A program made the position numbers and the translations under genes. The notes beneath the pieces were generated by a model that did no database searches, was not told the origin of the DNA, and was given only the letters and a program-made list of their open reading frames with translations. From positions 224,001 through 288,000 of the forward strand of contig CBDAOY010000007.1 of the NCBI GenBank assembly GCA_965198225.1: DNA of 64,000 nucleotides. The letters are read 5' to 3'. Positions 38,337 to 46,626 of this stretch are shown one piece after another. Within the stretch, counting starts at the first letter, position 1; the number at the start of each line of letters is the position of its first letter. Source of the DNA: Terriglobia bacterium (GTDB lineage: Bacteria; Acidobacteriota; Terriglobia; 20CM-2-55-15).

Positions 38337-39500
38337 GTGATCATCGTGGATAAGCATAATAGTGGGATGATGGCTCATGACAGCAGGCCGTCGTTTCAGT
38401 TACTTCGCATACGTCCAGACGATGCTCAGGGGCGTACGGATACTATATCTGTGTTGACCCGTGAGCTTGCAAAGCATGAGGAACACTACCCCAATATTGA
38501 GCGTTGGATTGATAAAAAAGTGATCCCTGGGCTACGGACTGGGGAACGTGTCGCGTACATTGGATTTAAGGACGATCAGGCCATCCTTGTAGCTATTTTA
38601 AAGCTTGGACAACGCAGTAAGTTCTGTCACCTAAGTATCAAGGAAGGTTTTAGAGATGGGAGATACGGGACTCTTCTGTTTTCGTTAATGGCCACTGAAG
38701 TAAGAAAGGTAGCCTCCGAAATCCACTTCACGTTGCCGGAGAGCCTGTGGATACAGGAGAAGGAATTCTTCCAGTCTTTCGGCTTCATGAATGCAGAGCT
38801 TGCTCACCAGCAGTATCGACTTTTCGAAGACGAGCTACGATGCTCGGCTAGATTCAAGGACGTTTGGTCGAAAGTGATGGGTCATTTGCCTGCAGTGTTG
38901 AGTAGCGCATCAATTGGCGGCTTCGGGTCAAGCGAGGGTGTCGTGCTCTCAGTACACGAGAAGCATGCAAAGGCAATCATGGAGGGCCGCAAGAAGGTAG
39001 AAGTACGTCGGCGGTTCTCGGAGCGGTGGTGTGGTCGGAGGGCGGGTGTATACGCAACGGGGGGGCTAGGTGCTCTCGTGGGGGAAGTTACGATCTCGGA
39101 CGTCGTTCGAGGGAGCCCGAGCGAGCTTTGGGAGCAGTTCGGACCGGAGATGGGATGCTCCTATCGAAGCTTCTCTCAGTACGTGGGTGGGCGAGCAGAG
39201 ATCTTCGCTATCAAGCTTTCCGATGCGAAGCCTTACATTGCACCCGTGTCGCTGCCTCAACTCGGCCACATATTGGGAGAGCATCTTCTGTCACCACCAC
39301 AATCTTACTGCACCTACGGGGACAATGATAAATGGGCCCAGGCTCTGACGGTGGCGGCTCTCCTACATGGGGTCGGAGATCTTCGAAGCTATCGTGGATC
39401 CATGTCTGGACTGTCCAATGTACGGTACTCGCCAAAAACAGGCGAAAGGCAGAAAAAAAACGTCGCGGTGGATGTAAAGCAGTATTCGCTGGACCTTTAA
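38337..39500 (+). CDS. GNAT-like acetyltransferase fused to an ASCH domain
   Basis: KFCHLSIKEGFRDGRYGTLLF (GNAT motif A-like); VVLSVHEKHAKAIMEGRKKVEVRR...VYAT (ASCH). Confidence 0.75.
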   Translation: MIIVDKHNSGMMAHDSRPSFQLLRIRPDDAQGRTDTISVLTRELAKHEEHYPNIERWIDKKVIPGLRTGERVAYIGFKDDQAILVAILKLGQRSKFCHLSIKEGFRDGRYGTLLFSLMATEVRKVASEIHFTLPESLWIQEKEFFQSFGFMNAELAHQQYRLFEDELRCSARFKDVWSKVMGHLPAVLSSASIGGFGSSEGVVLSVHEKHAKAIMEGRKKVEVRRRFSERWCGRRAGVYATGGLGALVGEVTISDVVRGSPSELWEQFGPEMGCSYRSFSQYVGGRAEIFAIKLSDAKPYIAPVSLPQLGHILGEHLLSPPQSYCTYGDNDKWAQALTVAALLHGVGDLRSYRGSMSGLSNVRYSPKTGERQKKNVAVDVKQYSLDL

Positions 39501-39624
39501 CCTGAGATGTCTATGTTGCGGAATCTCACGAAAGTAGCCACCCAGAGCAGTAGTGTCCCAGCAAGTGGTGTATGTGACCTTCCCCCGATCTTAGGTCCGA
39601 CTCCAGAGTGAGGAATTTGGGGGA

Positions 39625-40479
39625 TTATCCCCGCCGTTGTGGCTGGGAAAGTGGGAAACTCGAAGAGTTTTCCACTTTCCCAGGGCCCACCTCGCCCGCG
39701 GCTCGAAACTGCTCTGGCGTAAGAAACCCCAGTGAGCTGTGCGGTCGGACGGTGTTGTAGTGGACACGCCATGCCTCGATCGTGCGCCGGGCGTCGGCCA
39801 GATCGACGAACCAGTGTTCATTCAGACAGGCAGCCCGGAACTTGCCGTTGAAGCTTTCGACCAGCGCGTTCTGGATCGGCTTGCCCGGCTGAATGAACCG
39901 CAGGGTCGCACCGATCCGTTGAGACCACAGATGCATCGCCTTGCTGATGAACTCGGGTCCGTTGTCGGTGACGATGGATTCGGGGACGGAAGGTTCCAAC
40001 ACGAGTTGATCCAGTAGCCGGCTGACCCGTTCCCCGGTGATCGCGGTGTCCACAATCTGGCCGATGCACTCCCGGCAGTAGTCGTCCAGGATGTTCAGCA
40101 CTCGGAATCGGCGGCCCGTGGCCAGTTGATCCGACACGAAGTCCATCGACCAGCGCTGGTTCGGCCCCTCGGGCATCGGCAGCGGAACTCGATCCCGCGC
40201 CAACAGGCGTTTTCGCCTCTTTCGCCGCACTTGGAGCTTCTCTTCGCGGTAGATTCGATACGTCTTCTTCTCGTTCACAACCAAACCCTCGGCCTTCAAC
40301 ATCCCGTGCAGCAGCTCGTACCCGTAGCGTGGATACTCGGTCGCCAATTCCTTCAGACGTTCCCGAAGCGCGCTGTCGTCTCCGCGTTGAGACGGGTGAC
40401 GGGCCACCGATCGGTGGATTCCCATGAGTCGGCAGACCCGCCGCTGACTCAACATCCCGAGCCCGACCCGATGGTCCAC
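39625..40479 (-). CDS. IS3 transposase OrfB (DDE)
   Basis: WSMDFVSD, TDNGPEF, PGKPIQNALVESFNG and YNTVRPHSSLG motifs. Confidence 0.93.
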   Translation of the reverse strand: MDHRVGLGMLSQRRVCRLMGIHRSVARHPSQRGDDSALRERLKELATEYPRYGYELLHGMLKAEGLVVNEKKTYRIYREEKLQVRRKRRKRLLARDRVPLPMPEGPNQRWSMDFVSDQLATGRRFRVLNILDDYCRECIGQIVDTAITGERVSRLLDQLVLEPSVPESIVTDNGPEFISKAMHLWSQRIGATLRFIQPGKPIQNALVESFNGKFRAACLNEHWFVDLADARRTIEAWRVHYNTVRPHSSLGFLTPEQFRAAGEVGPGKVENSSSFPLSQPQRRG

Positions 40480-40502
40480 GGCTCGGCGGCGTGCAACGGG
40501 CC

Positions 40503-40769
40503 TTACCAGTTTTTTGAGAGCACCTCCTTCAGAGCGGCGTTATCCAGGTGCGCATCGGCCAGCAACTGCTTCAGCTTCCGGTTCTCAGCCTCGAGTCCCG
40601 TCAGCTTCTTGGCCTCCGACACCTGCATCCCGCCGTACTTGGACCGCCATCGGTAAAAGCTGTGTTCCGAGATCCCGTGCTTCCGGCAGAGCTCCTGCCT
40701 CTTCGCCCCGGCTTCAGCCTCTTTCAGGATCCCTATGATCTGTTCTTCGGTGAATCGCTTCCGCTTCAT
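40503..40769 (-). CDS. IS3 transposase OrfA
   Basis: MKRKRFTEEQIIGILKE...YRWRSKYGGM...LEAENRKLK. Confidence 0.93.
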   Translation of the reverse strand: MKRKRFTEEQIIGILKEAEAGAKRQELCRKHGISEHSFYRWRSKYGGMQVSEAKKLTGLEAENRKLKQLLADAHLDNAALKEVLSKNW

Positions 40770-40840
40770 GGTGAATCCTCCTTGCCCGTTTTACCGGAAA
40801 ACTCACTCTCGAAGTGGACCGTTTTATGGGGGGAAGGTCA

Positions 40841-41047
40841 CTTCGACATCAAGGTCGTGGCATACGCCACGCGCGAAACCGACGCCACGTCGGCACGGAT
40901 TTCGAAGTTGTCGAGATCGACCCGGCGGAATACGATGCTTATGCTCAGCGGTGCGGGAAGCACCGAGATGGAAACGGGCACTCCGGTATGAAGTCCCATG
41001 CCGGAGAATTCAATGGAATCGGCAAGCGTTCGTACTTCTGCAAACAC
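40841..41047 (-). pseudogene. lpxC: LpxC (UDP-3-O-acyl-GlcNAc deacetylase) N-terminal fragment truncated by IS3
   Basis: RTLADSIEFSGMGLHTG...LPAP...IVFRRVDL...ATTL matches the LpxC N-terminus. Confidence 0.8.
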
Positions 41048-41145
41048 TTACAGTAATTCGCAGTCCGAACAAGCTATGGAATGAGTCACTTGAATCTATG
41101 CCGGTCGGCGGAGTCGTGTCTGGCAGTACACACTTCTGCTCACGC

Positions 41146-42597
41146 ATGATCAAGCGCCCTTCACTGATGCTCGTCGACGCTATGTCGCAGGTATTCCGCG
41201 CCTACTATGCCATCCGGGGTCTGACCAACAGCAAGGGACTACCGACGAACGCAACATACGGGTTCGCGCTGATGCTCAACCGGGTGTTGGAGAAATTCCC
41301 TCCCGACTATGTCGCAATGGTCTTCGACTCGAGTGTGCCCACGCACCGCCACGAGCGGTATCCCGAATACAAAGCCAACCGCGAAAAGATGCCGCCGGAC
41401 CTTGCCGAACAGATCCCCTACATCAAGCAGTTCTGCGAAGCCATGCGGATCCCGATGCTGGAAGTTCCGGGCCAGGAAGCCGACGATGTGATCGGAACGT
41501 TGGCCCGGCGCGCGCCCCTGGAGGGGCTTCACCCCGTGATCGTCACGCTGGACAAAGACATGATGCAGTTGGTCACGGCGGACACGGTTGTGCTGAACAC
41601 ATCGAAGGACGACCGCATCATCGGACCCGATGAAGTCCAAGATCTCTTTGGTGTGACTCCAGACCAGATCATCGATCTGCTGGGGCTCTGGGGCGATTCC
41701 TCCGACAACGTGCCCGGCGCCCCCGGAATCGGCGAAAAGGGAGCGCGGGCGCTCGTCGAACGCTTCGGGTCGATTGAAGCCTGCCTCGAGCACGCCGGAG
41801 AAGTCAAAGCCAGGCGACAGCGTGAATCGCTGATCGAATACCGCGAGCAGATCCTTCTGAGCAAGGAATTGGTCACGATCAACACGGAAGTACCGATCGA
41901 AGTCGACTGGGAAGCGTTGAAACATCGACACCCGGACGACGAGACACTGATTCCGCTGCTCCGGGAGCTGGATTTCACCACGTTATTGAAAGCACAGTTG
42001 GAAGCCGGTGACGGTACGTCGGAGGACGGACTGGAAACCATCAAGACAGATGAGCCACCCGACGTTGGCGACGAATTTTCGGTATGGTTCGACGAAGATC
42101 GGGCATTTCTATGGGCGGGTGAAGGCGCGCTCTACGACATCCTCGTCGAGAAGACCGCGCCGCTGCTCTCCGATTCCGGCAAGCGCAAAATCCTCCATAA
42201 CGCGAAGGCCGCGATTCTTGCACTGCGTGCAAAGGGTCTGACGCTGGCGCCACCCTACGACGATGTGATGCTGATGGCCTATCTGCTCGATCCCAACAGC
42301 GGAAAGTATGAGGTGGCCGACCTGATGCGCGCCTCCTTCGGGAAGAACCTCGACGAGGAACAAACCGACGAGGCGGCCTGGATCCATCGTGTTCACGAAC
42401 TTCTGCGTCCCAGGATCCGGGAGGAACTTGAAGATCTCTATTCCCGCATCGAGTTGCCGCTGGTTCCCGTCCTTGCCGAAATCGAAGAGAACGGAATCAT
42501 GCTGGATGTGGGCGTGCTGGAAACGATGTCACGCGATATGGCCTTGGAACTGAACGGCCTGACTTCGCGCATCCATGAGCTGGCGGGCGAACACTTC
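41146..42597 (+). pseudogene. polA: DNA polymerase I N-terminal part (5'-3' exonuclease, proofreading-like domain, start of polymerase domain); truncated
   Basis: LVDA...FRAYYA, PTNATYGF, YKANR, EADDVIGT, GDSSDNVPGAPGIGEK and IELPLVPVLAEIEENG motifs; ends at IHELAGEHF. Confidence 0.88.
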
Positions 42598-42897
42598 GAT
42601 ACTGCCGAGCTCTGGAAGATCGGGTTTGGCGGCCCCGGATTTGACGTTTTTCAGGTGACCGCACACGAGATTGGCCATGCCATCGGACTGGGCCACGAGA
42701 TGGTCGCGACAGCACTCATGAACCCCTTCTACACCGAAGCCAATCCTCCCGGGCTACTGGCGGATGATATCGCCGGGGCGCAGTTTATATATGGCCCGGC
42801 TGTCTCGACTCCGGAACCCGACACGATGGTGCTGCTGGCTTTCGCACTTATCGTCGTCGTCGTGTGGCACAGACGGACGTCGTCGGGTCTGGTATAG
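42592..42897 (+). pseudogene. Matrixin (M10) metalloprotease C-terminus with PEP-CTERM-like tail, fused in frame to polA
   Basis: HFDTAELW, HEIGHAIGLGH, ALMNPFY and TPEPDTMVLLAFALIVVVVWHRR. Confidence 0.8.
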
Positions 42898-42917
42898 TCG
42901 CGATCCGGAGGGAAATA

Positions 42918-43745
42918 GTGCAGTGGGGCTTTACGGCGGCCTTGGTCGCGGCGGGTATGCAGTGGGCGCAATTCAGCCAGGCCGAACTGATCGCGCGGTC
43001 CGAGTTGATCGTTGTGGCCGAACTGACTGGTGTGACTCCCTCGCCCGATCGGACAGCCGCATCGTTCGGCGTACTGCTGGTTGAAGAGGTCCTGCGGGGC
43101 GCTATACCCTCGAGTTCGAAAGAGCTGCTTTTGATAGTGCCTTCTCCCGGGGGGCTGCGATCGAGTTCGGACATCTTTTATCGTAGAAGCCAGCGGGGAT
43201 TGTGGTTCCTGCGCGCCCGCACGCCCGGTGTTGAAGGTGGGCCTTACCTGGCCGATCATCCACAACGTTTTGTTTCGGCTGACGACAATCGTTTCGAAGA
43301 GCTCCGGAACACCCTGAAGAGCCACCAGGGCCGCTCCAGCCCGCTGCAAGGGTCTTGGAAACTTGAAGAGATTTCCGTCATTGGTGGACCAAATGCCGGT
43401 ACGAACAGCAGCCCCCAAGCCAGTCTCTGGATTTTCACCGAACGTCACTACAGCGAGTCGTATGTGAATAGCGCCGAACCAAGAGCCCTCATCGAAAATC
43501 AACCACCTACCGACGCGGAGAAGATCGCCGCTTACGATTCCTTTATCTTCAACGCGGGCACGTACGACTTGGAGGGTTCAACCGTGATGTTTCATCCGTC
43601 AGTGGCAAGGAATCCAAACTTCATGTCGGGAGGATCAAAGCAGTACGACTTCCGAGTCGAGGGAGACACCCTGTGGCTGATTCAGAAGCCGGGCCAGAAT
43701 CAGCAATTCACGGAGATTCGGAGGAAACTGACCCGTCTGGAATAA
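42918..43745 (+). CDS. Hypothetical exported protein with a C-terminal lipocalin-like beta-barrel
   Basis: RBS GGAGG before GTG 42918; C-terminal half resembles 56317-56841 (IFTERHYS, AEPR, PT..EK.A.YD). Confidence 0.55.
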   Translation: MQWGFTAALVAAGMQWAQFSQAELIARSELIVVAELTGVTPSPDRTAASFGVLLVEEVLRGAIPSSSKELLLIVPSPGGLRSSSDIFYRRSQRGLWFLRARTPGVEGGPYLADHPQRFVSADDNRFEELRNTLKSHQGRSSPLQGSWKLEEISVIGGPNAGTNSSPQASLWIFTERHYSESYVNSAEPRALIENQPPTDAEKIAAYDSFIFNAGTYDLEGSTVMFHPSVARNPNFMSGGSKQYDFRVEGDTLWLIQKPGQNQQFTEIRRKLTRLE

Positions 43746-43895
43746 GTTCTAAAGTCGAATTTGACCGCTAACCACACTGACGCTTCTGACGATAGATTTC
43801 CCATTTCTTCTGTTCAGGCCAAAGGAAGAAAGAGACAGCGATGTCATTCGGTCTCCGTCCCCGAATACCCGATCCCCGAATTCCCCAACAACTAG

Positions 43896-44162
43896 TGACC
43901 TGTAACAGTGCTATCGGTACCATCGTTCGGCGGAACGGCGTCGGATTCTAGGAGTGACGCCCGAGCCAATGCTGTTTCATTGCGAGGGCGTTACGACACC
44001 GAAGACGGCGCCGTTCCGCCGAACCCTTTGGGCCGATGGGGGTTGCGGGCGATCTCTTTGTCGGAAGCCGTCACCGATGAAAGAGCATCGCTTTCCGTCT
44101 CCCTCTTCGACCTCGCCCACAAGACCCATCGGCGATGGTACCGATAGCATTGTTACAGGCCA
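43896..44162. mobile_element. 267-bp MITE with 30-bp TIRs, flanked by CTAG
   Basis: TGACCTGTAACAGTGCTATCGGTACCATCG / CGATGGTACCGATAGCATTGTTACAGGCCA (28/30 match); CTAG at 43892 and 44163. Confidence 0.85.
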
Positions 44163-44218
44163 CTAGCCTTGGCGTCGGTGAGAAATGGGACTGCCCGAAC
44201 CTTCGTTAGAAGTTCGGG

Positions 44219-46420
44219 CTAGAAGCTCAACAGGTGAGTCATCTTGATGGCAAGCGCGCGATCCAGTATGGCGCTGCCGCCGACACCACGGGTTTCAGTG
44301 TAGACGACGAAGAAATCGCTCAGTGGGTGGTGGATGAAACGGAAACGAAAGTTGGACGTGACGGTTCGCGCCTCGCTGTTGTACTGGATGAGGTTCTCCA
44401 GGAACATCCGCGGGGAGAACGCGATGTTTGCCCGCAGCGACACCAGATCGGTCTCGAACAGTCCTTCGGCGAGATCGACGTTGTTTCGCGACCACGTCAA
44501 CTGGGTCAGAAAATGGATGCTGTGCCGATAGTTGAAGCCGACCCGATTCTGGCGCAGCGTGCCGGTCCAGAAATCTCCACGCTTGACGCTGGCGTTGAAG
44601 GCCACACGCCGCCCCCTTGAAGTCTGGAACTCCGCCTCCCAATCGTTGAACGCGTGATCTCCCGCGGGAACGTTGATACCGCCCCGGATTCGAAACGGCT
44701 CTTTCAGACGTTCAAACCGCATGTTGCGGTTGAGGTTGATCCTATCGCCGGCATGAAACTCGATGTTGGCGCCGATGCGATGCTCGCGCGTGAGCAACTC
44801 GTTGGACTGATCGGTGATGTAGCTGGACTCGAACTGCGGAAAGATCTGTCGCACGGGTCCCCGTCCCGGTCGCGGGCGAACGCCGGCAAGAAAATGCCTC
44901 TTTCGGATCGATTGGCGCGGCACGAAACCGAAGTCGTTGTGGAAACCATCCTCGATGGTCAGGTACGAGGTCCGCGCCGTAAAGAAGTTGTCCTGGTATG
45001 AGGTTTGGACCTGGCCGGCCAGGTTGTCTACGTCCTCGCCGTTCGTGTACGTCTTCATCGCAAACCCGGAAAAAGTGAGACGCTGACCGAGGAATCGAAA
45101 ATTGGCATCCGCGCCGCTCGCTCGATTCCAGTAACCCGTGTCGGCCGTCCTCCGGTTGAAGAAAAACGTGCCGACGTCGGAGTTTGCCAGCATCTCCCGC
45201 CTGAGACGAAGGATGCTCCAATTGTCCGCCGGGGTTTCTCCGTCCCGTCCCACCTGGATGTTCATGGCGCCGACGTCGAAACCGCCGAGCTTTCCGGTCA
45301 GGCGGGCGCCGCCTCGGATCGGTAACACTTGACCGCTCTCGGACAGTCCGATGCGTCGGCTGAAGAACGGAATCAGATCCCTGCTCCGGGCGCCACCACG
45401 TGCACCGCGGAATGTGCCCGTTGCCCCCCCGACATCGAAGAGTCCGGCGTTTTCGAGGAAGAACTCCCGCTTCTCGGGAAAGAAAAGGTTGAACCGCGTC
45501 AGGTTCACCTGCTGCTCGTCGACCTCCACCTGGGAAAAATCGGTGTTCACGGTCAGATCGAGGGTGAGATCGGCATTGAGGCCGTACTTCACGTCCAGCC
45601 CGGCATCCGAATCAGTGCGATCGTCGGGACGGTCGGGAAGGTAGTTCGAGACCGCGAAGGGCTTTATGTACAGGTTCGTTCCTTGCTTTACCCCTTCGAT
45701 ACCCTCGATCGTGCCGCCGAGAAAAACGTCCCAGAAACCGAATGGGCGCGGGCCCGGCACCCACAGGTGGCGTTCGTTTGAATAGCGGATGACACGCAAC
45801 ATGTTAAAGCCCCATCGCTGGACCGGCCGCGTGTCGTCAAACCGCAAAGTCCTGAACGGAATCGCGAACTCCGCAACCCAGCCGGACTCCCCGACACTGG
45901 TAGCCACATCGTAAACGCCATTCCAATCCGTGTTCTTGATGCCGGCCGCGATCTGATGATCCCGCTTGGCGCTGCCGGGGTTCGTTTGAAAGACGAAGCC
46001 ATCGCGATCGTTGTTGAAGGTATCGAACAACAGGCCAATGCCGTCTCCATCCGGCCACGAGAAATCACGCTTCATCTCGCTCACTATCGTGGTGCCGTCC
46101 TGGTACAGGATGACGCCGACGTAGACGTTGTCGTCGTCGTACAGGATGCGAAACACGGTCGGTTCCTTTACGGGGTCGCCGCGATTGGGCTCGTCCTGGT
46201 AAAAGTCCCCGCCGACCTCCGCCTCCTCCCAGGCCGCCTCGTCGATGACACCGTCGATCCTGATGACGCCACTCGTTCGGGTCGCCCGGTAGACCTTCTC
46301 AGCACGGACGGCTTCATAGTTCGCGACCGGTTCCGCGGAGGTGTCATCCAAAGCCTGCTGCCCGGCGAGGCTCACCGGACAGAAAACGCAGAGGACGAAC
46401 ACCGGCAAGAATCGATTCAT
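44219..46420 (-). CDS. DUF5916 / CBM9-like outer-membrane protein
   Basis: Signal peptide; IDGVIDEAAW, WVAEFAIPFRTLRF and TVNTDFSQVEVD...FFPEKREFFLE motifs. Confidence 0.85.
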   Translation of the reverse strand: MNRFLPVFVLCVFCPVSLAGQQALDDTSAEPVANYEAVRAEKVYRATRTSGVIRIDGVIDEAAWEEAEVGGDFYQDEPNRGDPVKEPTVFRILYDDDNVYVGVILYQDGTTIVSEMKRDFSWPDGDGIGLLFDTFNNDRDGFVFQTNPGSAKRDHQIAAGIKNTDWNGVYDVATSVGESGWVAEFAIPFRTLRFDDTRPVQRWGFNMLRVIRYSNERHLWVPGPRPFGFWDVFLGGTIEGIEGVKQGTNLYIKPFAVSNYLPDRPDDRTDSDAGLDVKYGLNADLTLDLTVNTDFSQVEVDEQQVNLTRFNLFFPEKREFFLENAGLFDVGGATGTFRGARGGARSRDLIPFFSRRIGLSESGQVLPIRGGARLTGKLGGFDVGAMNIQVGRDGETPADNWSILRLRREMLANSDVGTFFFNRRTADTGYWNRASGADANFRFLGQRLTFSGFAMKTYTNGEDVDNLAGQVQTSYQDNFFTARTSYLTIEDGFHNDFGFVPRQSIRKRHFLAGVRPRPGRGPVRQIFPQFESSYITDQSNELLTREHRIGANIEFHAGDRINLNRNMRFERLKEPFRIRGGINVPAGDHAFNDWEAEFQTSRGRRVAFNASVKRGDFWTGTLRQNRVGFNYRHSIHFLTQLTWSRNNVDLAEGLFETDLVSLRANIAFSPRMFLENLIQYNSEARTVTSNFRFRFIHHPLSDFFVVYTETRGVGGSAILDRALAIKMTHLLSF

Positions 46421-46626
46421 GGCTCTCCCGACCTGATGGAACAAGGCGTAAAAATTTGGATGAATGGTATCACGCGGATGCATTGGAACAGGCACCTGCA
46501 CCTCATTAATGAGGACGCGGAATTTTCTGACTCGGAAAAATCGGGACAGAGGTGCCCGTCCCTGCTAAAATCAGGCAACGACTCGACATAGTAGGAGAAA
46601 GGGCTGAGCACGTCCTGTCGACGTGG

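Larger units (their letters stand above)
39575..40840 (-). mobile_element. IS3-family insertion sequence; no target duplication
   Basis: TIRs TGACCTTCCCCC...GGTCC at both ends; orfA/orfB with an A6 frameshift motif near 40510; flanks TATG / CTTC differ. Confidence 0.92.

Noticed and set aside
40735-41145. N-terminal extension of the 720-aa ORF
   Set aside because: It overlaps the IS3 end and the opposite-strand lpxC fragment; PolA similarity starts at ATG 41146.
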